64,000 bases of DNA from an uncultured Gemmatimonadaceae bacterium. Lineage in GTDB: Bacteria; Gemmatimonadota; Gemmatimonadetes; Gemmatimonadales; Gemmatimonadaceae. Position numbers and translations under genes: made by a program. This document shows, piece after piece, positions 26,831 through 36,815 of this stretch (positions within the stretch are counted from its first letter, which is position 1; each line of letters begins with the position of its first letter). The notes beneath the pieces are model-generated. The model saw nothing but the letters and a program-made list of their open reading frames with translations, was not told the origin of the DNA and did no database searches. The stretch lies in contig CAWFQK010000004.1 of the NCBI GenBank assembly GCA_963817955.1, positions 1,600,001 to 1,664,000 on the forward strand, in the 5' to 3' direction.

Positions 26831-28730
26831 TTACTGCGTATCCGGCAACCGACGCAATTCGAGTCGTGTGGGCCGGGCAGCGGTGTGGTAGACCCGCATC
26901 GTGGCCTTCTGGAAGTCCGTCGGTTTCGCTTCAAAGATGTCTGGCACGAACCGCTGCGGATTGAGATCGATGTGCGGGAACCATGTGCTCTGCACCTGCA
27001 CCATGATGCGATGCCCCCGCCTGAACGTGTGGTGAATGGAGGGCATCTCGAACTTGACGGAGTCTGCCGCATTCGGCACCATGGCCGACGGTCTTTCGAA
27101 CGACCGGCGATAGCGCGCGCGGAATGGTTCGCCGCGCACCAGTTGTTGGTAGCCGCCAACCGGAAAGGCGGTCGGGTCATTGGGCCAGTTCGCCGCACTG
27201 TCTGGAAACACGTCAATGAGCTTCACAATGAAGTCCGCGTCCGTGCCAGAGGTGCTCACGTGCAGCACCGGCGTGATCGGGCCGGTGAGCGTGATGTCCG
27301 CGGTGAGCACGTCCGTCTGATAGGTGAGCACGTCGGTGCGTCGTGACGCGAAGCGCTGGTCGGCCGTGATGTAGTCACGCGGCATCCCTTGATTCTCGAC
27401 GCGTTCCACCGTCGGCACCGGCTTCGCTGGATCGCTCACATATTCATCGAATGCGGTGCCCGCACGCGGCGGCGTGAACGCGAGCTTGCCCCCGGCCTGC
27501 AGGTAGAGCGCCGCCGGCGTCGATTCTTTCGGCGGCCACGAGTCGTAGCCATCCCATCTGTCCCCGCCGGTGCGAAACACGAGCACGCGAGGAAGCTTCG
27601 GATCCGGCGCGCCGGCGAGGTAGTGCGCAAAGAAGGGATACTCGACGGAATCCCGGAAGAACGGGCCCGTTTTGTATTTCCAACGGAGCGTGCCGAGGAC
27701 GTCGCCGTCGCCACGACTCCATCCTCCATGCGACCACGGTCCGACGATGATGCGGTTGTCCGCACCGGGACTCAGCTTCTCGATGTTGCCGTACACCCAC
27801 CATGGTCCGTGAATGTCCTCGGTATCATAGAAACCGCCGACAGCCAGGAACGCGGCTTTCACGTCGTGCAGGTGGGGGCGCACATCGCGCGCCTTCCAGA
27901 AGGCGTCGTAGGTGGGATGTGTGAGGATGGACTGCCAGAGTGGTGCGGTCGCGGAATCGAGAATCTTTCGTGTTCCGGGACCCAGAGGCTCCAATCCCAA
28001 ATAGTACTTGTAGGCGTCGGGCGTGCCCATGGAGAACGGATACTTGGGATCGGGTCCGGGCTCGTTGCGCGGGGCTCGTCCGAACCCGGTATAGAACCCG
28101 AAGTTGTGGGCCAGCAAGAAGGCACCGCCGTGGAAGTTGTCGTCCCCCATCCAGATGTCAGTCATCGGCGCCTGCGGCGAACACGCCACCAACGCCGGAT
28201 GCCTGCGAGAGACAGCTCGCGGTGGTGTAGAAGCCAGGATACGACGTGCCGTACATCCCCACCTTACCGTTCGTGGGAAGATTCTTCACCAGCCATTCAA
28301 TGCTGTCGTACGCATCGGTGCCCTCATCGACATCCGTAGGCTTGTCGTGCTTCTCGAGAATGGGCGTCATATCGCGGAAGACTCCCTCGGAGTAGTTCCG
28401 CCCGCGCACGTCCTGATAAACGAAGATGTATCCGTCCTCGACCCACTTCCGGTTGCCGGACGGACCGAGTGCCGCCTTGTAGTCGACACCGTATGGTGAC
28501 ACCGAGTATGGCGTGCGCGACATCAGCACGGGATATCGATGCGTCGTATCTCTCGGCACATAGATGGACGTGAAGAGCTGCGCCCCATCGCGGACGCGAA
28601 TGCGCACTTCGCGCTTGGTATAGAGTTCTTTGATTCGCGCCGCAAGGGCAGGGTCGCCCCCTTGACCCTGGGCCGGTAGCACGGCGGTGGCAACGAGTGC
28701 CAATGCGAGGAAGGCGAGCGGTCGACGCAT
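26831..28730 (-). pseudogene. CocE/NonD hydrolase split by a single-base frameshift near 28205 (true pseudogene or sequencing error)
   Basis: ORF 28158-28730 (signal peptide, RDG, RTPY, GTSYPG) and ORF 26831-28192 (SPQAP, GPWSHG, PepX_C) join as ...SCLS-RHPALVACSPQAP if one base is removed. Confidence 0.85.
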
Positions 28731-28752
28731 ATGAAGTCCGATAAAGATGGAT

Positions 28753-30303
28753 CTAAGTTCGGCCCCAGCCGAGGCTCCGCAAGGCCCGCCATTCGCCGGC
28801 GCGAAAGAACTGGGTCAAGGCGAGAATGGTCGGTAGGGCAGCAATGAGCACCAGCTTCAGACTCAACCCCGCGACGCTCAGGGGCCGCACGCCGACTGCT
28901 TCCGCCCAGCGGTCAATCGCGAACAGGAGCGCCGTGACGATCGCGAGGTGAACGAGCCGTCGCCACTCGAACGGCACACGAAAGACGCGGCCCGACTGCC
29001 AGGCGCCGAGTGCCGCCATCAACGCATAGGATGCGGGTGTCGCCCACGCGACGCCAACCATGCCCCAGCGCCGCGAGGCCACGATGCACGTCGCCACATT
29101 GAGCGCCGCTCCAGCGCCGGCGATCCACGGCAAGACGCTGGTTCGTCGTTCGACATACAGTCCCGAAGTCACGACGGTATAGATGCCGGTAAAGACATAC
29201 CCCAGCAGAATTACCGGAACGATGGGCAATCCGAGCCAGTACGCCGGCTTCACGTACTGGTGGACTGCCGGAATGGCCACGAGCACCGGCAGCAGGACTG
29301 AGATGATCAGGAACCCACTTGCGCAGACCAGCATGAGCGCGGTCAGGACTCTCGAGAAGAGCTGCGGTGCGTCCGGCTCGCGCGCATGCTGGAGGGCAAA
29401 CGGCGTCCACGCCAGGCGGAACATCTGCACGACCAACAGCATCGCCACACCAAGCTTGTAGTTGAAGCTGTAGATGCCGACCACATCCTTGGAACCCATC
29501 CCGTACACGCTGTGGGCGATGGCCTCGGGCAGGTAGTTGAGCACGAGCCGATCGCCGTTCTCGACGATCATGACGCCGAGCATCGCAGGCATGATCGGCA
29601 GCGCGTATCCCCAGAGTTCGCGCCACGCCGCGCCACGGAGGAGGGCGGGCCGGAATAGCCGAGCAATGTCGGCCATCACGAGCAGCAAGACGGCAATGTT
29701 TGCCCCGATGTTCGTCAGGAATATCGCAGACACGCCGGCGTTGAAGTGGCCAATCAGGACGATGTTGCCGGCAACGCTCAACCCCACGAACGCCAGTCGC
29801 AGGCTGGCGTATCGCCATGCCCGTCCGGCCATGCGCAGGTATGCAAACGGAACCGCGAGCAGCGCGTCCGAATACACAATGATCATCATGTAGCGGAACG
29901 ACGTACTGTCCAGCCTCGCCGCCGTGGCGAGCCACGGCGCTGCCGCGAAGCATGCCGCGGTGACCAGCGCACCGATCGCGAGAACGATGGCGAATGACTC
30001 GGTGAATGCGCGCTCGCCGGCTTTGGTGTTTCCCTGAGTCGCGGCGGCGTTGCGCATGTACGCCACGTCCATCCCGAGGTAGAACGCGATCGAGATGATG
30101 GGGATGTACGAATACACGACGCTCTGCACGCCGTTCTGTGCTGCATCAAAATGATGGGCGTAATACGGCTGCAGCAGGTAACTGAGCAGTCGCCCGACGA
30201 TGGAGCTCAGCCCATAGACGAGAGACTCGGAACCGAGCCGCATGAGTTTTCCGGCAAAGCGGTTCGAGCCCGGAGCCACCACGGTGACGAGTGGGGAGTT
30301 CAA
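28753..30303 (-). CDS. Polysaccharide/oligosaccharide flippase (Wzx/MOP superfamily); start may be as late as 30243
   Basis: ESLVYGLSSIVGRLLSYLLQPYY, DRLVL and VGIYSFNYKLG motifs; about 14 TM segments. Confidence 0.85.
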   Translation of the reverse strand: MNSPLVTVVAPGSNRFAGKLMRLGSESLVYGLSSIVGRLLSYLLQPYYAHHFDAAQNGVQSVVYSYIPIISIAFYLGMDVAYMRNAAATQGNTKAGERAFTESFAIVLAIGALVTAACFAAAPWLATAARLDSTSFRYMMIIVYSDALLAVPFAYLRMAGRAWRYASLRLAFVGLSVAGNIVLIGHFNAGVSAIFLTNIGANIAVLLLVMADIARLFRPALLRGAAWRELWGYALPIMPAMLGVMIVENGDRLVLNYLPEAIAHSVYGMGSKDVVGIYSFNYKLGVAMLLVVQMFRLAWTPFALQHAREPDAPQLFSRVLTALMLVCASGFLIISVLLPVLVAIPAVHQYVKPAYWLGLPIVPVILLGYVFTGIYTVVTSGLYVERRTSVLPWIAGAGAALNVATCIVASRRWGMVGVAWATPASYALMAALGAWQSGRVFRVPFEWRRLVHLAIVTALLFAIDRWAEAVGVRPLSVAGLSLKLVLIAALPTILALTQFFRAGEWRALRSLGWGRT

Positions 30304-30310
30304 GCGCGGA

Positions 30311-30342
30311 TAGGGAGCCAGCGCAGTTTAGGGAGTCAGCGC
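30311..30342 (-). repeat. Two units of the 17-bp AGGGAGTCAGCGC family
   Basis: TAGGGAGCCAGCGCAGTTTAGGGAGTCAGCGC, the same unit as in 17284-17368. Confidence 0.85.
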
Positions 30343-30432
30343 GACTTCTTGCACAGACACGTCGGCTGCTGACCATCTGGAACAGTACCCGAACGGAATG
30401 AATAGCAAATGAGGTTCAACACCCTCACACAT

Positions 30433-31107
30433 TCAGAAAATTCCCGGTATCAGATGCCAGCGGACCTTGTCCTGATATTCCGTGTACCCTGGCAGATCGT
30501 TCGCAAGCATTTTCTCCTCGTCAAACAGTCGCACGACAAAACCGAGAGCGATCAAGGCAGAAGGAATGAGCCCCCAATACGAGCCGAGAGCCAAAGACAT
30601 ACCGATGAAATATACTATTGCGCATGAATACATTGGATTCCGAACTATCGCATAAGGGCCAGTAGCGATCACTTTTTGTCCTTTGCTGATTTCTACGCTT
30701 GCCGATCCGAATGAATTTTCTTTGAAGACTCGATATACTGCCCACATGCTCACGATGATGAGAATGTCGCCTGTAATAGCAATAGAAGATGGCACGCTCG
30801 ACCAGCCGAATCTGTGGTCGAGCGCGGGAACAATGACATTGGCGATGACTGGAATTAGCAGACAAAACACAATGATCTTCTGTAGAGGTCTTGTCTCCAC
30901 GGTTGGACCGCTTTTCGCCCTGCTTTCAAGCAGTATCGGATCTTTTAGTATATACAGCGTGACCAGGACGCTTAGGAGACCGCTCACGACAAGATAAGCC
31001 CATGCTTGCCAATACCTGGCCGTTCCTGCCGTCAGAAACAAAGCGAGTCCTATGAGGAGATAGCCTGCAACATTTCCGAGCCACATTTTTGCTTTAGGAT
31101 TCATCAT
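30433..31107 (-). CDS. Isoprenylcysteine carboxyl methyltransferase (ICMT/PEMT-like) family membrane protein, AT-rich
   Basis: KVIATGPYAIVRNPMY and EEKMLANDLPGYTEY motifs. Sample line 30601-30660 is 25/60 GC, much lower than the flanks. Confidence 0.9.
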   Translation of the reverse strand: MMNPKAKMWLGNVAGYLLIGLALFLTAGTARYWQAWAYLVVSGLLSVLVTLYILKDPILLESRAKSGPTVETRPLQKIIVFCLLIPVIANVIVPALDHRFGWSSVPSSIAITGDILIIVSMWAVYRVFKENSFGSASVEISKGQKVIATGPYAIVRNPMYSCAIVYFIGMSLALGSYWGLIPSALIALGFVVRLFDEEKMLANDLPGYTEYQDKVRWHLIPGIF

Positions 31108-31169
31108 TTTATGATACAAGAAACGCGACTCTGACGTCGAACCGATTGTTGTCTTGCTTTATATAGCTC

Positions 31170-31193
31170 AGTCAGGGAGTTGGCGCCGTTCGC
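31170..31193 (-). repeat. One 17-bp family unit plus the arm terminus GCCGTTCGC
   Basis: AGTCAGGGAGTTGGCGC is identical to 17317-17333; GCCGTTCGC matches the arm end at 17373-17381. Confidence 0.85.
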
Positions 31194-31318
31194 AACACGT
31201 CCTTGGACCGCTGTTTGATGTACAGCGAGATGCCGTATCCGTGCAGCGGGCCGGCGGTAAGCGTCTTCAGGTTCCACATGACGAGCGCGCCGGGCAGCAG
31301 GTCGCGCCGTGCGGACAT
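31172..31318 (-). pseudogene. Truncated PadR-family regulator (N-terminal 48 codons)
   Basis: DLLPGAL...LKTLTAGPLHGYGISLYIKQRSKDVL breaks off before the GSLYPAL helix; the stop codon lies inside the repeat unit. Confidence 0.8.
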
Positions 31319-31647
31319 GGTTCGTTTACGGGATAGATGATCTATGGGATGGACTGACGGCTTCAACATGAAGCGGAATCCGCGGGACGCCAAGTCGCGT
31401 GTGGGCCATCGGGGGTGCCAGGCGACCGGCCGAGGGACGGATGGCATCGGTGACGCGATCTCGGGGCGAGGTTCTTGACGGGACCGTCCGTTGAATGTAG
31501 CGTCTCGCCCACCACGGGGGTCCGCGCCGTCGCGTAGCCCCGTGTCGAGTGTCGACGCGGCCGCAGTCTGCTCTTCATGGACGTCTCGTAGGCGACCACA
31601 CCAGCAGAACGTTGCCCCCTGCCCGTTCTCCAGGAGGAGAAGACCAC

Positions 31648-34600
31648 ATGACATCAGGACGTTGGAAGATGTTCGCGACAGTCGGTGCCGCGCTCATGAT
31701 GTTGACGGGCGCGGGCCACGCCCTTCATGCGCAAGGCACGATCAGCGGACGCGTAACCGGAAGTGGACAGCCGCTCCCCGAGGCGCGGGTTCTCGTGATC
31801 GGCTCCCCGCTGTCCGCCATAACGAACGACGATGGCCGATTCACCATTCGCAACGTCCCTGCCGGAACGGCGCAGGTTCAGGTGCTGCACGTCGGCTTCC
31901 AGTCAACCAAGAAGACCGTCACCGTGGCAGCCGGCGGCACCGCGACGATGGACTTCGAGCTCACCACCGCAGTGGTGCAGCTTGCCGAGGTCGTGACGAC
32001 CGCCACTGGTCAGCAGCGGCGCGTCGAGTTGGGCAACGCGGTCGCTACGCTCGGAGACGTGGGCACCAAGGTCGAGCAGTCGCAGATCGCGACGCCCGCA
32101 GATCTCCTCACCGCCAAGGCGCCGGGCGTCGTCGTGCTTCCGGGATCGACGCTCGGCGGCGCGCCGACCGTGCGTGTTCGCGGCGTCTCGTCGATCAGCT
32201 TGAGCAACGCGCCAATCTGGGTGGTGGACGGCGTCCGCATTGCGGCCGGCACGCTCACATCTGGAACGGACACGCAATTCTCGCTACTCAACACGCTCAA
32301 CCCGGACGAGATCGAGGATATTGAGATCGTGAAGGGTCCGTCGGCAGCCACGCTGTATGGCACAGACGCCGCCAACGGCGTCATCGTGGTCACGACAAAG
32401 AAGGGGAAGGCCGGCGCGTCCCGCTGGACCTATTCCGGCGAAGTCGGCAACGTCGACGATCGCACCAATTACCCGGACATGTACGCCAACTGGGGCCATA
32501 CGCTGGCCAATCCGACCAAGGCGGTGCGGTGCCAGTTGTCGAGCATGGCGCCGCTGGGCACGACGCCGGCGACGTCCACCACGTGTGCCTCCGACAGCGT
32601 CACGCACTACAACCTGCTCGCCGATCCCTCGCGAACGTTCGTGCACATGGGCCATCGCAGTTCGGCCGGCGCCCAGGTGAGCGGCGGAAACGATGCCGTG
32701 CGTTTCTTCGCGAGCGGCGACTTCAATAACGAGACGGGGCCGATTCAGATGCCGGGCTTCGAAGTGGCGCGCTTTGACGCAAACCACGTCTCGGTCCAGG
32801 ACCAGTGGTTCCACCCCCTGGCGCAGCAGCAGGAAAGCTTCCGCACGAACCTGTCCGCGGCCGTGAGTCCGACGTTCGACCTGACGGCGAATGCCGGCTT
32901 CACGAAGGTGGACAATCGCATCATGCCGGAGAGCGATCTGATCATCGCGCTGCTGTACACTGGTCTGCAGAACTATGGCTTCAAGGGGCCTGGGCTGGAC
33001 AAGACGCTGACTCAGGTCAATGGCACGCCCCTCAATGACTATCTCCAGTGGGCGCCGGGCGACATCATGCAGAATGTGAACGAGAGCGACGTGCAGCGCA
33101 CCCTCGGCAGCTTCAACGCCACGTGGCGTCCGTTGTCCTGGATGCAGAATGACGGCACCGTTGGTGTCGATCTGGCCAGCGTGAACTACTTCCACTTCTG
33201 CGGCCTCAATCAATGTCCGCCGCAGAGCGCCACCGCGCGCGTCGGCAACGTGACCGACAATCGGTCCACCACGCGAAACCTGTCGGCGAAACTCGTCAGC
33301 ACGTCCAGTTGGAACGCCAGGACGTGGGCGAATCTGAAGACGACCGTCGGCGCCGACTACGTCAATCTCGAGGCCGACGCTGTCAACTCCAACGGACAGA
33401 CGTTGCCGCCCGGTGCCAGCACGGTGAACGCCGCGGCAACGATTGGGGCATCGGAAAGCCAGCCGACGGCCACGAAGACGCTTGGTCTGTACGTGCAGGA
33501 ACAGGCTGGCTTGCGCGACCGGTTGTTCATCACGGTCGCGGCACGCTCCGACCAGAACAGCGCGTTCGGAACGAATTTCCAACGGATTCTCTACCCCAAG
33601 GCGAGTGTGTCCTGGCTGGTGTCCGATGAGTCGTTCTTCCCGAAGTACAGCTGGCTCGATCAGTTCCGTCTGCGGACGTCCTATGGCGCCAGTGGCGTAC
33701 AGCCAGGCCGCACACAGGGTCTCGTGCTGTTCTCTCCAAGCACGGTGGCCATCGACACCCGTGGTGCGACGACGGGCTCGGACACCCCAGCCCTCACCGC
33801 GAGCTCGCCAGGCAACGCCAACCTCAAGCCCGAAAAGTCCGGCGAGTATGAAGCTGGCTTCGACCTCCAGACGCTGAACAACCGGGTACACCTCGAGTAC
33901 ACCTACTACAACAAGCAGACGCGGGACGCGCTGATCAGCGTTCCGATCGCCGGCTCCGCCGCCGCACCGACGTTGAGCATTCTTCAAAACGTCGGATCGA
34001 CCAGGAATTACGGACACGAGCTCCAACTCGCGGCACAGTTGTTGGACTCGCGCCGCCTGGGCTGGGATGTGACCCTCACGGGCTCGCACAACACCGCCCT
34101 GATCGTGGATCTCGGCATCGACCCATCCACAGGCGTCGCGCGCGTCATCGGCGCCGGCGGCCTCACCGAGCAACGCAACGGCCAGCCGATCAACTCGCAG
34201 TGGTATCACCCGTACACGTACGCCGACGCCAATCACGACGGCATCCTGCAGCAGTCCGAGGTGCACGTCGATTCATCGTACGCCAACTACGGCAACGGCA
34301 TTCCCCGCGATATCTTCTCGGTGCAATCCGGCTGGGATCTCTTCGGCAAGATGGTGCGGTTCACCACGATGTTCGATTACAAGGGCGGATACAGCACGCA
34401 GGACGGCATGAACAATTTCCAGTGCAACTCCACTCCGCAATCGTGCCGCGAGACGCAGGATCCCACCGCGCCACTCGCGGAACAGGCCCGAGCCATCGCC
34501 AAGACGTATGGGACGATGATTGGGATCACGACGTATAAGACGGGCGCCGGATATTTCATGAATGGCCAGTTCTGGCGGTGGCGTGAAGCGGCGGCGATCG

Positions 34601-34809
34601 TGCAGATGCCGGATCGCATGAGCCGTCTCTTCCGAGCGCAGAACGGATCGAACCTCGTGTTCGCTGCTCGCAATCTGCATCTGTGGACCAAGTTCACCGG
34701 CCTCGATCCGGAAGCCAACTATGGCGTTGGCGGCTCCGAAGTGCAGAACGAATTCCAGAGCAATGCCGCCCCGACGTACTTCACGATGCGTCTCAACCTC
34801 AAGTACTAA
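31648..34809 (+). CDS. susC: SusC/RagA-family TonB-dependent outer-membrane receptor
   Basis: AGGAGG RBS; carboxypeptidase-regulatory-like N-domain; plug motif IEIVKGPSAATLYGTDAANGVIVVTTKKG; C-terminal aromatic residue. Confidence 0.95.
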   Translation: MTSGRWKMFATVGAALMMLTGAGHALHAQGTISGRVTGSGQPLPEARVLVIGSPLSAITNDDGRFTIRNVPAGTAQVQVLHVGFQSTKKTVTVAAGGTATMDFELTTAVVQLAEVVTTATGQQRRVELGNAVATLGDVGTKVEQSQIATPADLLTAKAPGVVVLPGSTLGGAPTVRVRGVSSISLSNAPIWVVDGVRIAAGTLTSGTDTQFSLLNTLNPDEIEDIEIVKGPSAATLYGTDAANGVIVVTTKKGKAGASRWTYSGEVGNVDDRTNYPDMYANWGHTLANPTKAVRCQLSSMAPLGTTPATSTTCASDSVTHYNLLADPSRTFVHMGHRSSAGAQVSGGNDAVRFFASGDFNNETGPIQMPGFEVARFDANHVSVQDQWFHPLAQQQESFRTNLSAAVSPTFDLTANAGFTKVDNRIMPESDLIIALLYTGLQNYGFKGPGLDKTLTQVNGTPLNDYLQWAPGDIMQNVNESDVQRTLGSFNATWRPLSWMQNDGTVGVDLASVNYFHFCGLNQCPPQSATARVGNVTDNRSTTRNLSAKLVSTSSWNARTWANLKTTVGADYVNLEADAVNSNGQTLPPGASTVNAAATIGASESQPTATKTLGLYVQEQAGLRDRLFITVAARSDQNSAFGTNFQRILYPKASVSWLVSDESFFPKYSWLDQFRLRTSYGASGVQPGRTQGLVLFSPSTVAIDTRGATTGSDTPALTASSPGNANLKPEKSGEYEAGFDLQTLNNRVHLEYTYYNKQTRDALISVPIAGSAAAPTLSILQNVGSTRNYGHELQLAAQLLDSRRLGWDVTLTGSHNTALIVDLGIDPSTGVARVIGAGGLTEQRNGQPINSQWYHPYTYADANHDGILQQSEVHVDSSYANYGNGIPRDIFSVQSGWDLFGKMVRFTTMFDYKGGYSTQDGMNNFQCNSTPQSCRETQDPTAPLAEQARAIAKTYGTMIGITTYKTGAGYFMNGQFWRWREAAAIVQMPDRMSRLFRAQNGSNLVFAARNLHLWTKFTGLDPEANYGVGGSEVQNEFQSNAAPTYFTMRLNLKY

Positions 34810-34833
34810 CCACCCACTCGAGGCCGATATTAT

Positions 34834-36261
34834 ATGAAGAGATTTACAGATCGCGCTCGATGGGCAATAGCTCTCGGCGCTCTCGTTGGCGGGCCGCTCA
34901 TCGTCGCGGCGTGCAGCAACGTCAAGGATCAACTGCTCGAGCCGCAGAATCCCGGCCTGATCGACCCGACCGCGGTGACGTCGGCCGCGGCCGCCTTCGC
35001 GCTCAAGGTGGGCGCGGTCGGCAAGACTCGTGTGGTCGTCGACGGCGGCGGAACGTCCGGCAACAACTGCAACAGCAATGCCGAATGTTTGTGGGAGGAA
35101 GTAGGCAGCCTCACGGACGAGTTCCATAACGCGGATTTTCAGAACACGCGTGGTGACATCGACCAGCGGCAGATCACGGACGACAATCCATCCGTTCCGT
35201 ATTCCAGCGTCACGCAGAACCGCGGCTACGTCCGCGATGCCATCAACGCCGTCCGGCAATACATACCGGACAGCACGGCGGACATCGGCGAGCTCTACAT
35301 GTCGCTCGGGTTTCTCGAGATGTCGCTCGGCGAGAACTTCTGCAACGGCATTCCGCTGGGTCACACCGTTGCGGGCGTCGTGACGTATGGAGCGCCGCTG
35401 ACCAATGCGCAGGTGCTCGACAGTGCATCCACCCATCTCGATTCGGCGTTGGCGATCAATACGGGGACGAGCGCGCAGGCGACGTTCATCCGCCAGGCAT
35501 CGTTGATTCTCAAGGCACGGATCCTCATCGACAAAGGGAACTTTGCGGCAGCCGCAGCGCTCGTTCCGGTCAGCGCGGTTCCCTCGTCGTACGCCTATTT
35601 CTTCGCCACGTCGCAGGCCAAGGGCGAGAGTCTTGGACTCTGGTCCATCGCCAACTCCACCGCTCGGCTCAGCGTGAGCGATAGCTCGGAGATCATCAAC
35701 GGCGTGGCGACACCCACAGCCAACGCGCTGCCATTCGCGTCAGCCGGCGACCCGCGAGTGCCGGTGAAGCCCGGCAGTGCCGTGACGCCGCAAGTCGTCG
35801 CGGAGGATGGTCAGACGCCCCAGTTCGTGCAATTGTTGTACACACGCTTCGATCCAATCGCCATGGTATCCGGCATCGATGCTCGTTTGATCGAAGCCGA
35901 GGCCAAGCTCAACGCCAACGACATCGCGGGCATGATGACAATCCTCAATGCGATGCGTGCGGCGCCCCCGAAGATCAGCAATTTCCAGCCGGCCGCCATG
36001 GCGGCATTGCCGACGCCGGCGACGCAGGATGCCGCCACCAGTTTGTTCTTCCGCGAGAAGGCGTTCTGGACGTTCGGTCGTGGTCAGCGTTTGAACGATG
36101 AGCGGAGGCTCATGCGGCAGTACAGCCGCACCGAAGCCCAGGTCTTCCCAACCGGCAGCTACTACAAGGGCGGCACGTATGGGCACAGCATTCAGTTGCC
36201 CGTCACGAACAACGAGCGCGCCAACCCGAACTTCACTGGCTGTACGGATCGCAATCCGTAA
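34834..36261 (+). CDS. susD: RagB/SusD-family lipoprotein
   Basis: Lipobox VAAC; ARLIEAEA and FREKAFWTFGRGQRLND motifs; directly downstream of susC. Confidence 0.88.
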   Translation: MKRFTDRARWAIALGALVGGPLIVAACSNVKDQLLEPQNPGLIDPTAVTSAAAAFALKVGAVGKTRVVVDGGGTSGNNCNSNAECLWEEVGSLTDEFHNADFQNTRGDIDQRQITDDNPSVPYSSVTQNRGYVRDAINAVRQYIPDSTADIGELYMSLGFLEMSLGENFCNGIPLGHTVAGVVTYGAPLTNAQVLDSASTHLDSALAINTGTSAQATFIRQASLILKARILIDKGNFAAAAALVPVSAVPSSYAYFFATSQAKGESLGLWSIANSTARLSVSDSSEIINGVATPTANALPFASAGDPRVPVKPGSAVTPQVVAEDGQTPQFVQLLYTRFDPIAMVSGIDARLIEAEAKLNANDIAGMMTILNAMRAAPPKISNFQPAAMAALPTPATQDAATSLFFREKAFWTFGRGQRLNDERRLMRQYSRTEAQVFPTGSYYKGGTYGHSIQLPVTNNERANPNFTGCTDRNP

Positions 36262-36282
36262 ATACCCGGGTGCTCAATGACG

Positions 36283-36323
36283 CAAACGGCCCGCGGCGAC
36301 CCTGCCGCGGGCCGTTTGTCTTT
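36283..36323 (+). terminator. Rho-independent terminator
   Basis: 15-bp stem CAAACGGCCCGCGGC / GCCGCGGGCCGTTTG followed by TCTTT. Confidence 0.85.
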
Positions 36324-36360
36324 CCGCTGGCCGCGCCGTGAGGCAAGCGTTAACCGGCGC

Positions 36361-36394
36361 TTGACGCCCAAAGTGATATAGTGATATATATCAC
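36361..36394 (+). promoter_or_regulatory. Promoter (TTGACG ... TATATA) overlapped by palindrome GTGATATATATCAC, a probable GntR/YtrA operator
   Basis: Perfect 14-bp palindrome at 36381-36394, just before ATG 36396. Confidence 0.7.
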
Positions 36395-36395
36395 C

Positions 36396-36815
36396 ATGAA
36401 CATCACCGTCAACGCCTCCGATGACCTTCCCATCTACCGCCAGATCATGCGGCAGATTATGGATGCCATCGCCGGTGGCCGCCTGCATGGCGGTGAGCGA
36501 CTCACGTCGCATCGCGAGTTGAGCGAACAACTGGTGATTGCGCCGCTCACCGTCAAGAAGGCTTACGACGAGCTCGAAGCCCTTGGTTACATCGAATCGC
36601 AGCGTGGACGGGGGACGTTTGTGGCGGCAAAGGTTCCGCGAACATCTCGGACCGTCGCCAGCGACCAGATCGCGGATGACGCACGAAAGCTCCTGACGAA
36701 CGCTTACCTCGCCGGTCTCCAGTTGTCCGATGTCACAAGGATCATCAGGGACGCCGATCGCGAGCTCACCAACGGCTCCGGGCCTCGGCACCGGAAGGAA
36801 CGGACCTCGGCATGA
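36396..36815 (+). CDS. GntR-family regulator, YtrA subfamily
   Basis: PIYRQI...TVKKAYDELEALGYIESQRGRGTFV; short C-terminal domain; precedes an ABC ATPase. Confidence 0.93.
   Translation: MNITVNASDDLPIYRQIMRQIMDAIAGGRLHGGERLTSHRELSEQLVIAPLTVKKAYDELEALGYIESQRGRGTFVAAKVPRTSRTVASDQIADDARKLLTNAYLAGLQLSDVTRIIRDADRELTNGSGPRHRKERTSA

Noticed and set aside
31320..31647. Riboswitch upstream of susC
   Set aside because: GC-rich hairpins are possible, but I could not recognise a cobalamin, TPP or other consensus by eye; an Rfam scan is needed.
32284..34266. 660-aa minus-strand ORF and similar long alternative-frame ORFs (10318-12270, 49180-50760, 53772-55244)
   Set aside because: These are shadow ORFs of well-supported genes in GC-rich DNA, with Arg/Ala/Gly-rich composition and no motifs.
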